A DNA stretch of 62,443 nt, the filler included. It is 5 parts of 5 records of this genome, joined end to end, with 100 filler letters (N's around TTAATTAATTAA, not from the genome) between each part and the next. Parts side by side here need not be neighbours in the genome. Positions count along the whole stretch, not along the records: positions 1 to 31,493 come from SRR16203515_2452; positions 31,594 to 39,960 come from SRR16203515_2460; 3 more parts are not named here. One strand, written 5' to 3'. The notes below the pieces were generated by a model. That model had not been told where the DNA came from. It saw only the letters and a list, made by a program, of their open reading frames with translations, and made no database searches. Shown here piece by piece: positions 28,945 to 38,603 of this stretch. Within the stretch, counting starts at the first letter, position 1, and each line of letters begins with the position of its first letter. A program made the position numbers and the translations under genes.

Positions 28945-30402
28945 ATGCATAGTCGTCGATATTTCTTAAAAGCACTTTCATTAGGTACGGCAACCGTTGC
29001 GTTGGCAAGCTGCGGTGGCGGAAAAAACAAAGGTGGTTCAAGTATTTCAGGTGAAAATACGGTTCCATCAACGGGCGGTAGCGCTGCAAATTCTGCGAAA
29101 GAACTTATCATTCCTAACTTGGTTGATACCCGAAATACCACCACAGGTTTATGGATTGGGAGACAACAATTTGATTTTGGATTAGGCACCATGACACCAA
29201 CATTTGCCTACAACACCGCAGATACAAATTTAGGGTTATTAGGGCCAACACTTCTTATGGAGAAAGGGGCAACATCAACCATTAATTACATTAATAATAT
29301 GGATGAAGTGACGACGGCTCACCAGCATGGTTTACATGTTGATGGGCCGAACGATGGTGGACCACAATCTAGCATTAGACCCGGGGAGTCACGCGTTAAT
29401 GTGCTTGAGATTGATCAGCAAGCCGGCTTTCATTGGTATCACCCACACCCTCATGGCCGCACTGCACCTCAGGTCATTAGTGGATTGGCTGGACTTATTA
29501 TTATTCAAGATCCTGCAGAGATTGCGAGATTACCCAATCTACCTCGCGAATACGGGGTTAATGATATACCGCTTGTTATTCAAGATAAGACTTTCAACAG
29601 CAACGGAACCATTGCCTACGATGCCAACAAAATGTATGGCAAGCGCGGCTATTTAGGTGACAATATTTTAGTTAATGGCAAAGCGTCAGCAACAGTAACA
29701 ACACCGTCCGGTTGGGTGCGTTTACGTATACTTAATGGTTCAAATGCACGTTTTTATGAGCGCGATGACAGTTTATCGTTAACGAACAACAAACAATTTT
29801 ACGTAATCGCCAGTGATGGTGGTTTGTTAGAAAAGCCAATTGCGACCACATCGTTACCAGTAGGGCCTGGCGAGCGATACGAAATTATGGTGCAGTTGTC
29901 TGCTGATGAATCAATAGATTTATTTGCTGGGCCGCGCAGTATCATGACTATTGCAGCAAAGAATAATACCTTTGATAATTCGGCGTCAATCTTACCTGCT
30001 ATTCTCGCTCCCGCAGCGAATTTATCAACTGCTAACGTTGCACGTAGACGCAGTTTTGAATTAAAAGAAAATATGACCATCAATAACAAGCAAATGAATA
30101 TGATGGTTATTGACGAAGCTGTTACTTTAGGTGATGTCGAACAATGGCGGGTGTTTGGTAAAGGCGCTAAACATACTTTCCATGTACATGGCTGTTCATT
30201 TAAGGTGATTAGTAGAGCTGGTGGGGCACCTGAGCCATGGGAAACCGGCTGGAAAGATACTGTTATTGTTAGTGGTAAACGCGAAGTTGAATTTTTGGTA
30301 CAGTTTAATAAGCGTGCAGATAGAACTGCGCCATATATGTATCATTGTCACATGCTGGAGCACGAAGACATGGGTATGATGGGGCAGTTTACGGTGACTT
30401 AA
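28945..30402 (+). CDS. Multicopper oxidase (CueO-like), Tat lipoprotein
   Basis: SRRYFLK Tat signal, LASC lipobox; copper motifs HQHG, WYHPH, HTFHVHG, HCHMLEHEDMGMM. Confidence 0.92.
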   Translation: MHSRRYFLKALSLGTATVALASCGGGKNKGGSSISGENTVPSTGGSAANSAKELIIPNLVDTRNTTTGLWIGRQQFDFGLGTMTPTFAYNTADTNLGLLGPTLLMEKGATSTINYINNMDEVTTAHQHGLHVDGPNDGGPQSSIRPGESRVNVLEIDQQAGFHWYHPHPHGRTAPQVISGLAGLIIIQDPAEIARLPNLPREYGVNDIPLVIQDKTFNSNGTIAYDANKMYGKRGYLGDNILVNGKASATVTTPSGWVRLRILNGSNARFYERDDSLSLTNNKQFYVIASDGGLLEKPIATTSLPVGPGERYEIMVQLSADESIDLFAGPRSIMTIAAKNNTFDNSASILPAILAPAANLSTANVARRRSFELKENMTINNKQMNMMVIDEAVTLGDVEQWRVFGKGAKHTFHVHGCSFKVISRAGGAPEPWETGWKDTVIVSGKREVEFLVQFNKRADRTAPYMYHCHMLEHEDMGMMGQFTVT

Positions 30403-31493
30403 TTCTTGTTGTGAGCAAAGAGAATGATGGCGCTACAGCCATTATTCTCGTTGTCTTGTAATGAAAATTGATAATTATATCGATGGCACAATTCTTTAAC
30501 TATTAATAATCCCAACCCATAACCATCGAATGTCGTTTGCTCACTGCTCAAACCTTTACCGCTATCTTCAACAGTAATTCGATCGTGCTGCACAATGATA
30601 TTAATAGCGCCCTTTACCGTATAGGAAAATGCATTTTTAATAACATTGCCAAGCAGTATTTGAAATGCGGCATTGGGCAATGTAATTTTTGCCGCTTGTT
30701 TAATTTTAATGTTTATCGAGATAGGTTTGTCGTCGATGAGATATTGATGATGATCAACCACTTCTTGAATGTTTTCTTCTTCAATCACTAATAATTGATG
30801 CTCTTGATTTGCGATTGATTTTGTTAGGCTAAGTAAGGTGTCAATAAATTCAGTCATTGTTTCAGTCGCGTTTTTAAGGCGTTTGGTTTGTTTTTCAACA
30901 ACTTCTGGTGCTTGAGATACCTCTAAGATATTTAGCGCACCTGTCATTACCATCAACGGCGAACGTAATTCATGACTTGCGAAACGATTAAAGGAGCGTT
31001 CACGTTCAATGGATTCACCTATCCGTGCCTGATAATGGTTAAATGTATCGATGAGTTTGCCATGCTCAATGGTTGTAATGTTATTGCTCTTAGGCAAAGG
31101 TGTTAAGTCATCAGCGGCTCGATCTGATAATGCTTTGGCGAGTTCAGATGTTGGACGGGTAAGCTTGTCAGAAATTTTGAACACCGCAATCAATGCAACA
31201 ATCAACAGTGCCAGCGAGACCGCAATCTGTTTGCTATGTAGCGTTAATAACTGGCGTTCGCTAAGTTCATACAAGCTATTGTCGACGACAAAGTAAACAT
31301 CTACTGGCCCATCGAGGGAGTTTATTTTACTTTTTTGGACGAAGTAATCGTTGCCTCGGGCAAGTGTTGGTGAGTTTTTAGCAATAATTTCAATAGCACT
31401 ATCAAAAGGGATTTCATTAGCGTTGGGAACATCCGGCGGTAATAATGAAAAATCTAAGTAGATAGTAAAACCCCGATCAAGCTCTTGGTGCTG
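30399..31493 (-). CDS. Sensor histidine kinase, 5'-truncated by the contig end
   Basis: ASHELRSP, NVIKNAF, EDSGKG, GYGLGL; frame checked open from 31274 up to the linker. Confidence 0.9.
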   Translation of the reverse strand, partial: QHQELDRGFTIYLDFSLLPPDVPNANEIPFDSAIEIIAKNSPTLARGNDYFVQKSKINSLDGPVDVYFVVDNSLYELSERQLLTLHSKQIAVSLALLIVALIAVFKISDKLTRPTSELAKALSDRAADDLTPLPKSNNITTIEHGKLIDTFNHYQARIGESIERERSFNRFASHELRSPLMVMTGALNILEVSQAPEVVEKQTKRLKNATETMTEFIDTLLSLTKSIANQEHQLLVIEEENIQEVVDHHQYLIDDKPISINIKIKQAAKITLPNAAFQILLGNVIKNAFSYTVKGAINIIVQHDRITVEDSGKGLSSEQTTFDGYGLGLLIVKELCHRYNYQFSLQDNENNGCSAIILFAHNKN

Positions 31494-31593
31494 NNNNNNN
31501 NNNNNNNNNNNNNNNNNNNNNNNNNNNNNNNNNNNNNTTAATTAATTAANNNNNNNNNNNNNNNNNNNNNNNNNNNNNNNNNNNNNNNNNNNN
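31494..31593. other. Artificial contig linker
   Basis: N run + TTAATTAATTAA (stops in all six frames) + N run, 100 nt. Confidence 0.98.
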
Positions 31594-32502
31594 GCGGGTA
31601 AAATGAAAGTGGTGGCCCGCCCTATTGGCAGCGAAGATTTTTTTGCTCACTTGTTTGCCCTTTCCGAAATTCGGGCCAAAGAGTGCGAGGTGCACTTTCA
31701 CGCAAACGTAGATAAATCAGTCCCCTCAACTTTGCTGTTTGATGATACTAAGTTCGCACAAATTGCGCTTAACTTACTGTCTAATGCCATTAAATTCACC
31801 CGCAAAAACAAGTCTGTTTTCGTTAAGGTGAAATACAGCAAAAAGCACTTAGTGCTCAATATTAGGGATGAAGGTATTGGCATTAGTGACGATGAGCAAA
31901 GCAAGTTATTTTCACCCTATGAACGTATGCACAACGCCTATGAGTTTAAAGGAACGGGCCTTGGGCTTAATATTACAAAGCAACTGGTGGAATTGCTCAA
32001 CGGTGAGATTAAAATAAAGAGCCAATTATCGGAGGGAACCCAAGTGGTGGTGCGCATTCCTGTGGAGAAATCCATAGACGCCAACAGTTGCCCTAACTCT
32101 CAACAAAGTAGAGACATACAAGACACTGCACATAGCATCAATACCAACGTCAATATCTTGGTTATTGAAGACCATTATATTAATCAGGTCATTATTAAAA
32201 ATGTGCTGGAAAAACTCAACTTAACCGCGGTTATCGTAAATACCGGTGAAGATGGCATTGAATACGTCCAAGAAAACCACGTTGACTTAGTGTTGATGGA
32301 CTTAAACTTACCCGGTATCAATGGCAAGCAAGCCACGCAGAAAATAAAGGTACTGCATCCCTCATTACCCGTTATCGCACTCACGGCCGATTTAATTACC
32401 GCTAAAGAGACATTAGCCGAGTATGGTCTCGATGATGTATTAAGTAAGCCTATCGACAGCGCCATACTAACCCGTACTCTCGAGAACTATCTACAACACT
32501 AA
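31594..32502 (+). CDS. Hybrid sensor kinase, C-terminal part (HATPase + receiver), 5'-truncated
   Basis: NLLSNAIKFT, DEGIG, GTGLGL; receiver VIEDH, VLMDLNLP, ALTA, KP. Confidence 0.9.
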   Translation, partial: AGKMKVVARPIGSEDFFAHLFALSEIRAKECEVHFHANVDKSVPSTLLFDDTKFAQIALNLLSNAIKFTRKNKSVFVKVKYSKKHLVLNIRDEGIGISDDEQSKLFSPYERMHNAYEFKGTGLGLNITKQLVELLNGEIKIKSQLSEGTQVVVRIPVEKSIDANSCPNSQQSRDIQDTAHSINTNVNILVIEDHYINQVIIKNVLEKLNLTAVIVNTGEDGIEYVQENHVDLVLMDLNLPGINGKQATQKIKVLHPSLPVIALTADLITAKETLAEYGLDDVLSKPIDSAILTRTLENYLQH

Positions 32503-32520
32503 ATAAGATGTATTTACGCC

Positions 32521-33132
32521 ATGGATCGCAAAGCGCTACGAAAATCATTACGAGCAACACGTCAGTCACTTAGCCAAGCAAAGCAAGAAGAAGCGGCGCA
32601 GCAAACCTGTGAACAATTACAGCAACTGCCCCAGGTTACACAAGCTAGACATCTTGCCTGCTATCTGCCAAACGATGGCGAAGTTAGCCTTACTCCTTTT
32701 ATCCGAAACTGCTGGCAAGCCTCCTTAAAAGCTCGTCGCCCCAACTTATCGCTACCGGTGCTGCACCCTATATGTAAAGGGCATTTGCTGTTTTTGCGCT
32801 ACCACAGCGATACCCTTATGACCCATAACAGCTTTGGCATACCCGAGCCTACGCTGAGCTGCCCTGAGGTTATCCCCACCCTTCATCATCAGGTTATTTT
32901 AATGCCTCTTGTTGGCTTTGATGCGCAAGGAAATCGCTTAGGAATGGGTGGTGGCTTTTACGATAGAACACTGGCTTCAATTCGTGCCCATACAATAAGG
33001 CCGCTACTGGTGGGAATTGCCCACGACTGCCAGCAAGTGACTAGCCTACCCACTCAACACTGGGATGTCCCTCTTGACGCCATAGTTACCCCTACCCGCA
33101 CCCTGCATTTCACCCCACTCGCTAATTCATGA
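32521..33132 (+). CDS. ygfA: 5-formyltetrahydrofolate cyclo-ligase
   Basis: RKALRK, FGIPEP, PLVGFDAQGNRLGMGGGFYDR, WDVPL. Confidence 0.93.
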   Translation: MDRKALRKSLRATRQSLSQAKQEEAAQQTCEQLQQLPQVTQARHLACYLPNDGEVSLTPFIRNCWQASLKARRPNLSLPVLHPICKGHLLFLRYHSDTLMTHNSFGIPEPTLSCPEVIPTLHHQVILMPLVGFDAQGNRLGMGGGFYDRTLASIRAHTIRPLLVGIAHDCQQVTSLPTQHWDVPLDAIVTPTRTLHFTPLANS

Positions 33133-33205
33133 TTTACATTATGCAACTTTAGGCGTAGTCGACGCTTTTTTGTTAGACTGAGGTAATCATGATAGGAGAG
33201 TAACC

Positions 33206-33862
33206 ATGGATCAGAACGCAAAAAAACAAGCTGTAGCCAAAGCCGCCATTGAGTATGTTGAAAACGATAGCATCGTAGGCGTAGGAACCGGTTCTACCGT
33301 AAACTTCTTTATTGAAGAGCTTGGAAAAATTAAAGATAAAATTGAGGGGGCGGTTTCAAGCTCAGATGCCTCAACCAAACAATTGAAAGCGCTAGGTATT
33401 GAAGTGTTCGAGCTAAACGACGTAAGCAACCTGTCTGTGTATATTGATGGCGCTGACGAGGTGACCGAACATAAGCACATGATTAAAGGTGGCGGGGCGG
33501 CGTTAACGCGGGAAAAAATCGTGGCTGGGGCGGCAAAGACCTTCGTGTGTATTGTCGACGAAAGTAAACGAGTGCCTGTGCTAGGTCGCTTCCCGTTGCC
33601 GGTAGAAGTTATTCCTATGGCGCGTTCTTTTGTTGCCCGCGAACTGGTTAAGCTAGGCGGCGATCCTGAATACCGTCAAGGAGTGGTAACAGACAACGGC
33701 AATGTCATTTTAGATGTGCACAATTTAGAGATCCTAAACCCTCGGGAGCTTGAACAAACCATCAATAATATTCCTGGTGTCGTCACCAACGGCATTTTTG
33801 CCCTACGTGGCGCAGATATTGTTTTATCGGCCACTGATACCGGGGTTGATACCTTTAAGTAA
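33206..33862 (+). CDS. rpiA: Ribose-5-phosphate isomerase A
   Basis: [24 protein letters not shown]. Confidence 0.97.
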   Translation: MDQNAKKQAVAKAAIEYVENDSIVGVGTGSTVNFFIEELGKIKDKIEGAVSSSDASTKQLKALGIEVFELNDVSNLSVYIDGADEVTEHKHMIKGGGAALTREKIVAGAAKTFVCIVDESKRVPVLGRFPLPVEVIPMARSFVARELVKLGGDPEYRQGVVTDNGNVILDVHNLEILNPRELEQTINNIPGVVTNGIFALRGADIVLSATDTGVDTFK

Positions 33863-33972
33863 AATACTGCTTTTAACTTTGTATGTTTTCTGTATACTTC
33901 CATTTAGACGTCTAGATGGCTCAAACAAGATGCGCTTAAATAGGCGCTCTTGGTAGTTAAGCTTGTTGTATC

Positions 33973-34094
33973 TGTGATGATGGAATTATCGTCATATCGA
34001 CGCAACACACTAGCGATGCAAACCTGCTGTCTCACGGATGAGGCGGCAGAGCCCTATGGAAGGGTTTATCACGTGGATGTGAAGACATCCACGT
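33973..34094 (+). ncRNA. Candidate structured RNA (GGA-loop hairpins) in the rpiA-serA intergenic region
   Basis: Four hairpins: 33973-33996 (loop GGAAUU), 34024-34049 (CACGGAUG), 34050-34066 (loop AUGGA), 34071-34094 (perfect 10-bp stem). Confidence 0.5.
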
Positions 34095-34143
34095 TCCGTC
34101 CGCATATGCGTTCTGAAATAAAACAGCGAGAGATAACGAGTTC

Positions 34144-35373
34144 ATGAGTAAAGTTTCACTTGAGAAGGATAAGATCCGTATTTTACTGTTAGAAGGTGTT
34201 CACCACAGCGCGCTGGAAACCCTAAAAAGTAACGGTTATACAAACATTGAGTATCTCAAAACATCGCTTCCAGAAGATGAGTTAATTGAGAAGATCAAAG
34301 ATGCCCATTTCGTTGGACTTCGTTCTCGTACCCAAATTACCGAAAAAGTGGTAGATGCGGCTAAAAAGCTGGTCGCGGTAGGTTGCTTCTGTATTGGCAC
34401 GAATCAGGTCAATCTTGCCGCCTGTCAGCGTCGTGGTATTCCTGTATTTAACGCCCCCTTCTCTAATACTCGCTCGGTAGCGGAACTCGTTCTTGGGCAA
34501 ATTATCCTGTTGCTTCGCCAGGTACCTAGCAAGAACGCCAAGGCGCATCGTGGTGAGTGGGAAAAAACTGCCAATGGCTCCTACGAAGCCCGAGGCAAAA
34601 CGCTGGGGATTATAGGTTACGGGCACATTGGTACCCAACTCAGTATACTAGCTGAACACTTAGGTATGCGTGTGCAGTTCTTTGATGTTGAAGACAAGTT
34701 GGTATTGGGTAACTCGACGCAGATTAAATCGCTAGAACAGTTGCTTAACAACGCCGATGTGGTTTCCCTTCACGTGCCAGAAACACCACAAACACAAAAT
34801 ATGTTTGGCGCTGAGCAAATTGCGCAAATGAAAAAAGGCAGCGTGCTAATAAACGCTTCACGTGGCACAGTGGTGGATATTGACGCGCTTGCTGGCGCAT
34901 TAGAAAGTGGTCATCTTAACGGAGCGGCCATCGACGTGTTCCCTGTCGAGCCTAAATCGAATAACGAAGAGTTTCAATCACCGCTACGCAAGTTCGACAA
35001 TGTAATCTTAACCCCTCACGTAGGTGGTAGCACGCAAGAAGCACAGGCTAACATTGGTATCGAAGTCGCGGGTAAACTGGCTAAGTACAGTGACAATGGC
35101 TCTACCCTATCAGCGGTTAATTTCCCTGAAGTATCGCTGCCTGAGCATACTAGTCGCTCTCGTCTACTTCACATCCATAGAAACCAGCCTGGTGTGTTAA
35201 CACAGATTAACCAAGCGTTTGCTGAGAAAGGCATTAACATTGAAGCCCAGTACCTGCAAACTAGCGCTGATATTGGTTACGTGGTGGTAGATGTACAGCA
35301 AGACAGAGCTTACGATGCCCTTGCTCAGTTACAACAAATTGATGGCACGATTAAAACTCGTATTCTGCACTAA
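34144..35373 (+). CDS. serA: D-3-phosphoglycerate dehydrogenase
   Basis: GCFCIGTNQV, NAPFSNTRSVAE, GIIGYGHIG, TPHVGGST, C-terminal ACT domain. Confidence 0.97.
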   Translation: MSKVSLEKDKIRILLLEGVHHSALETLKSNGYTNIEYLKTSLPEDELIEKIKDAHFVGLRSRTQITEKVVDAAKKLVAVGCFCIGTNQVNLAACQRRGIPVFNAPFSNTRSVAELVLGQIILLLRQVPSKNAKAHRGEWEKTANGSYEARGKTLGIIGYGHIGTQLSILAEHLGMRVQFFDVEDKLVLGNSTQIKSLEQLLNNADVVSLHVPETPQTQNMFGAEQIAQMKKGSVLINASRGTVVDIDALAGALESGHLNGAAIDVFPVEPKSNNEEFQSPLRKFDNVILTPHVGGSTQEAQANIGIEVAGKLAKYSDNGSTLSAVNFPEVSLPEHTSRSRLLHIHRNQPGVLTQINQAFAEKGINIEAQYLQTSADIGYVVVDVQQDRAYDALAQLQQIDGTIKTRILH

Positions 35374-35408
35374 CCCGCAATATTTAGGTTTAGGTTTAAC
35401 TTTGCCAT

Positions 35409-35439
35409 AAAAAAACGCTGCCTTGGCAGCGTTTTTTTT
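35409..35439. terminator. Bidirectional intrinsic terminator
   Basis: A-tract, CGCTGCC-TT-GGCAGCG, T-tract between convergent genes. Confidence 0.85.
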
Positions 35440-35460
35440 ACTTCAAATACACCTAAGTGT

Positions 35461-36201
35461 TTAGAAGAAGTTGTATACCAAGCTTACTGCGGTTTCAGTA
35501 TCTAGCTTTTCTACATCGTCAGACACATTGCTGTTATGGTCTAATTTAAACGATAAACGCATCGATAGGTTACCGCTAATCGTTGCGGTAAGCGCAGATT
35601 CTGCACGTGATTTGGTATTTTCAGAACCTACTTCGGTACTGATTGTTTGCGAAAACTTCGCCGTGTCTGATATTTTCCACGAATAGGCTGTAGAGGCACG
35701 AACAATCATGCTGTTTTGTTCTTCACCGTCTTGGGTTTCTGCAAACGCGTAACCAGGACCGATTGAATACTCTAGTGTGTGACGCTGATTTTGTAGTACC
35801 TTTTGGTTCCAACCAGCGGCAATGGTAGCCTGGTATTCAAAGTTGCTCAGTTTATCGTCTTCGTATGAGGCGAAACCGAATAGACGGTTATCCGGGTTTT
35901 CTAATTTATAGTTACCCTGAGCAGAGGCAAAGAACTTTTGCGCTGACGTATATTCTTCTTCGATACCGTCGTTTTCTACCGTCTCTTCTTTATACAAGCC
36001 TTCAATCGCGTAGTCGTTACTCCACATTTCAAGCTCTTGGTGGGCAGTAATGCCAGCGCTAATGGATGTGGTTTCTGTATTACCGGTAGTCGCGATAAAC
36101 CCTAGTTCACCTTCCATTGTAAAAGGTTTAACGTCGTCTTGGGCAAATGCACTTGATGAGGCAGATAATACGATAAGTGATGCAAGAAGGTGTTTTTTCA
36201 T
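35461..36201 (-). CDS. DUF481/YdiY outer-membrane beta-barrel protein
   Basis: Signal peptide, GELG..TTGNT, YSIGPGY, C-terminal SLVYNFF. Confidence 0.85.
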   Translation of the reverse strand: MKKHLLASLIVLSASSSAFAQDDVKPFTMEGELGFIATTGNTETTSISAGITAHQELEMWSNDYAIEGLYKEETVENDGIEEEYTSAQKFFASAQGNYKLENPDNRLFGFASYEDDKLSNFEYQATIAAGWNQKVLQNQRHTLEYSIGPGYAFAETQDGEEQNSMIVRASTAYSWKISDTAKFSQTISTEVGSENTKSRAESALTATISGNLSMRLSFKLDHNSNVSDDVEKLDTETAVSLVYNFF

Positions 36202-36376
36202 TAGCAATCCTAGTGGTGTTCAATCCTTTCCCATGGAGCGGTTTTCCACCTCTCCAAGGCTCTCAATTTCTGTGCGCCATAGTACCTGCCTCAATTAATC
36301 AGTCAATGAAGCTTATCTATTTATTCAGCAATAAAACGCAATCTTTACACTACAATCGAGGCGTTACAGCGAACCG

Positions 36377-37180
36377 CTAAAAGAATTGATAGACCAAGGC
36401 TACTGAGGTTTCGGTACTGAGGGGGTCGTTGTCGTCCGCGGCATCACTCTCATGGCTTAAAATAAGCGATAGTTTCATGGCCAAAGAACCAAATACATTG
36501 GCAGAAAGGGATGTTTCTGAGCGCGACTTAGTGTTCTCAGCACCAGACTCGGTACTCACAAACTGACGTAACTTTGCGCCCGACGTCCAGCTGTATTTAT
36601 ATTCAGCCGATGCACGCACAATAACCCCGTTATTCACCGCCCCCGTGGTATCCTCTTCCGCTTTCACAAAGGAATAGCCTGGCCCAATACTGTAACGAAA
36701 CTCACTTTCTTCATTGCGCCAGACCCGTTGCGACCAGCCTGCTGCTAATGACGCACGATGCTCGTAGCCGTTAAAGTTGTCATTTTCATAATCGCCGTAC
36801 ATGAACACCCGGCGATTAGGCATGTTTAGCTTGTAGTCGAACTGTGCACTACCATAAAGTCGCTGCGCGGTAACTTCCCGCTCGCCACTATCTACCGTGC
36901 TCTCTTTATACAGCATTTCGGCAAAATACAAGCTGCTCCAATTTTCGGTCTCATGATCGGCATTAATCCCTGCTTTGACACTGGCAGCAGAGGTATTACC
37001 GGTATTCACTAAAACGCCTAGTTCGCCATCAAGGTTAAAGCGAGGGATCTCGTCATCGACATTTTGCGTAAAGTCGGCATGATAAAGCGTTTGTATAAGA
37101 TCACGATCGGTGGCATTTGCTGCGTACGTCACGCACAGAAGCGCACTGCAAAACACAATACGCGAAAAAAGAGTAAGCAT
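36377..37180 (-). CDS. DUF481/YdiY outer-membrane beta-barrel protein (paralogue)
   Basis: GELG..NTGNT, YSIGPGY, TKSRSE, C-terminal ALVYQFF. Confidence 0.85.
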   Translation of the reverse strand: MLTLFSRIVFCSALLCVTYAANATDRDLIQTLYHADFTQNVDDEIPRFNLDGELGVLVNTGNTSAASVKAGINADHETENWSSLYFAEMLYKESTVDSGEREVTAQRLYGSAQFDYKLNMPNRRVFMYGDYENDNFNGYEHRASLAAGWSQRVWRNEESEFRYSIGPGYSFVKAEEDTTGAVNNGVIVRASAEYKYSWTSGAKLRQFVSTESGAENTKSRSETSLSANVFGSLAMKLSLILSHESDAADDNDPLSTETSVALVYQFF

Positions 37181-37278
37181 AATACTATTCAGGTTTATGG
37201 TTTTTTATATTTTTGTTCGTGGGCCCAAACCCAAAAACATCCTAATATGCCAATCCTTGGAGTAACTCAGTATACCGG

Positions 37279-38106
37279 CTAATGGATGAGTTGCGATACC
37301 TTCACGGTTTCCTTCTCCGCAAAGGTAATAGCGTTTGCAATAGCGTCCATATCAGCATTAACACTATTGGATATTTCCTTAGAGAAAAGTTCAACTTCGT
37401 TGTAGCATTTTTTATTCTGCTGCATTTCTGTGATGCGTGATGCTAGTGCCAAAATCCCCACATCTATATCCACTAATTGCTTTGTCTCACTGTTCACATT
37501 CATTACTGGATAGTGAATCACTAGAGGTAATTTCCACTGGGCGAGTATGGTACCGCTACAGTGTGAAAAGGTAAAACCGAAGTGCTCGCGCTGTTTTACG
37601 TAGGGCAATCGACAGCTTTGCTCTTCAATATAAGCCTGGTAACGTTTTGGGGTGCATTTAGCTACCACTAACTCACTGAGATTTTGTAAAATTCCCATTA
37701 CAAAGAAACGACCACTTCCACGCACGTGTAAATGGCGGGCTAAATACTTGGCGACCATTCCACAATAAACCGACTCATACCAGTGTTTTTCTAAATCGAT
37801 AAGTTCAGTGTCAAAACAGTTGAAGGCACTATTTGAGGTTTCTGCCACCACCAAGTTATATAATGCTTCGCCGCCAACAATGCTAACTGCTTTTTCAATA
37901 GACTCGACTTCAGAAGGAAAACGAAACAGCGAGCTGTTAGCTAAGCGCAATACCTTTGCGGTAAGCGAAGGATCTAGACAAATTAGACTCGCAATGTCCG
38001 CAGCATCTGAACGCGGGTCGTCGATAAGTGAGCGCAATCGCACACAAATATCGGGAAGGGAAAAGGATTTCGTGGCAAAGGCCACGTACTTGTTTAACGC
38101 CGACAT
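37279..38106 (-). CDS. HDOD-domain protein
   Basis: SLPDI, DPSLTAKVLRLANS, HWYES, FGFTFSHCSGTILAQWKLP. Confidence 0.88.
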   Translation of the reverse strand: MSALNKYVAFATKSFSLPDICVRLRSLIDDPRSDAADIASLICLDPSLTAKVLRLANSSLFRFPSEVESIEKAVSIVGGEALYNLVVAETSNSAFNCFDTELIDLEKHWYESVYCGMVAKYLARHLHVRGSGRFFVMGILQNLSELVVAKCTPKRYQAYIEEQSCRLPYVKQREHFGFTFSHCSGTILAQWKLPLVIHYPVMNVNSETKQLVDIDVGILALASRITEMQQNKKCYNEVELFSKEISNSVNADMDAIANAITFAEKETVKVSQLIH

Positions 38107-38151
38107 GCAAAAATTCCATTCATTTCTAAAGATACCACCGTCAAGCCTCGC

Positions 38152-38463
38152 TCATTCCTTGGCGTTAGCATTGTTCTCATTGGATGTTTCAAACATGCCT
38201 AATTGCTGACTATCCGCCGAAGCATTACTACTCTCATTTTCAAGACGACGTTGTCTTGCTAGCGCTGCGCGCTTACGACGCTGACACGCTAGGTTAATTT
38301 TTCTGCGTGTTGCATCGTCTATTTTCAACCAATATAAACGTTCTTCACGACTTCGAAAACAACCTTTACAGTAGCCCTTAGGCCCAGATTCGCATACCCC
38401 AATACAAGGGCTGGGGATTTCAAAGAATTCGAGCTGTTGTCCGTCACTAATGTAATTTGACAT
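38152..38463 (-). CDS. DUF1289 family protein
   Basis: QLEFFEIPSPCIGVC...YCKGCFRSREER..W. Confidence 0.85.
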   Translation of the reverse strand: MSNYISDGQQLEFFEIPSPCIGVCESGPKGYCKGCFRSREERLYWLKIDDATRRKINLACQRRKRAALARQRRLENESSNASADSQQLGMFETSNENNANAKE

Positions 38464-38603
38464 TATACCTTCGTGCCGACTAAGAAACGCTGGAAGCGCA
38501 ATTAAACCTTATAGCGTCTATTTCTGCCAGCAAATATAGATAGACGCACCATTTTGCATGCTATAAAGATAGAAAAATAATAAGTTACCTGCCACCTTAA
38601 GGG

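Noticed and set aside
33750-34147. Short ORFs 33750-33956 and 33950-34147 as real genes or leader peptides
   Set aside because: TTG starts, no clear RBS, no Ser-rich run; the region is better explained by RNA hairpins
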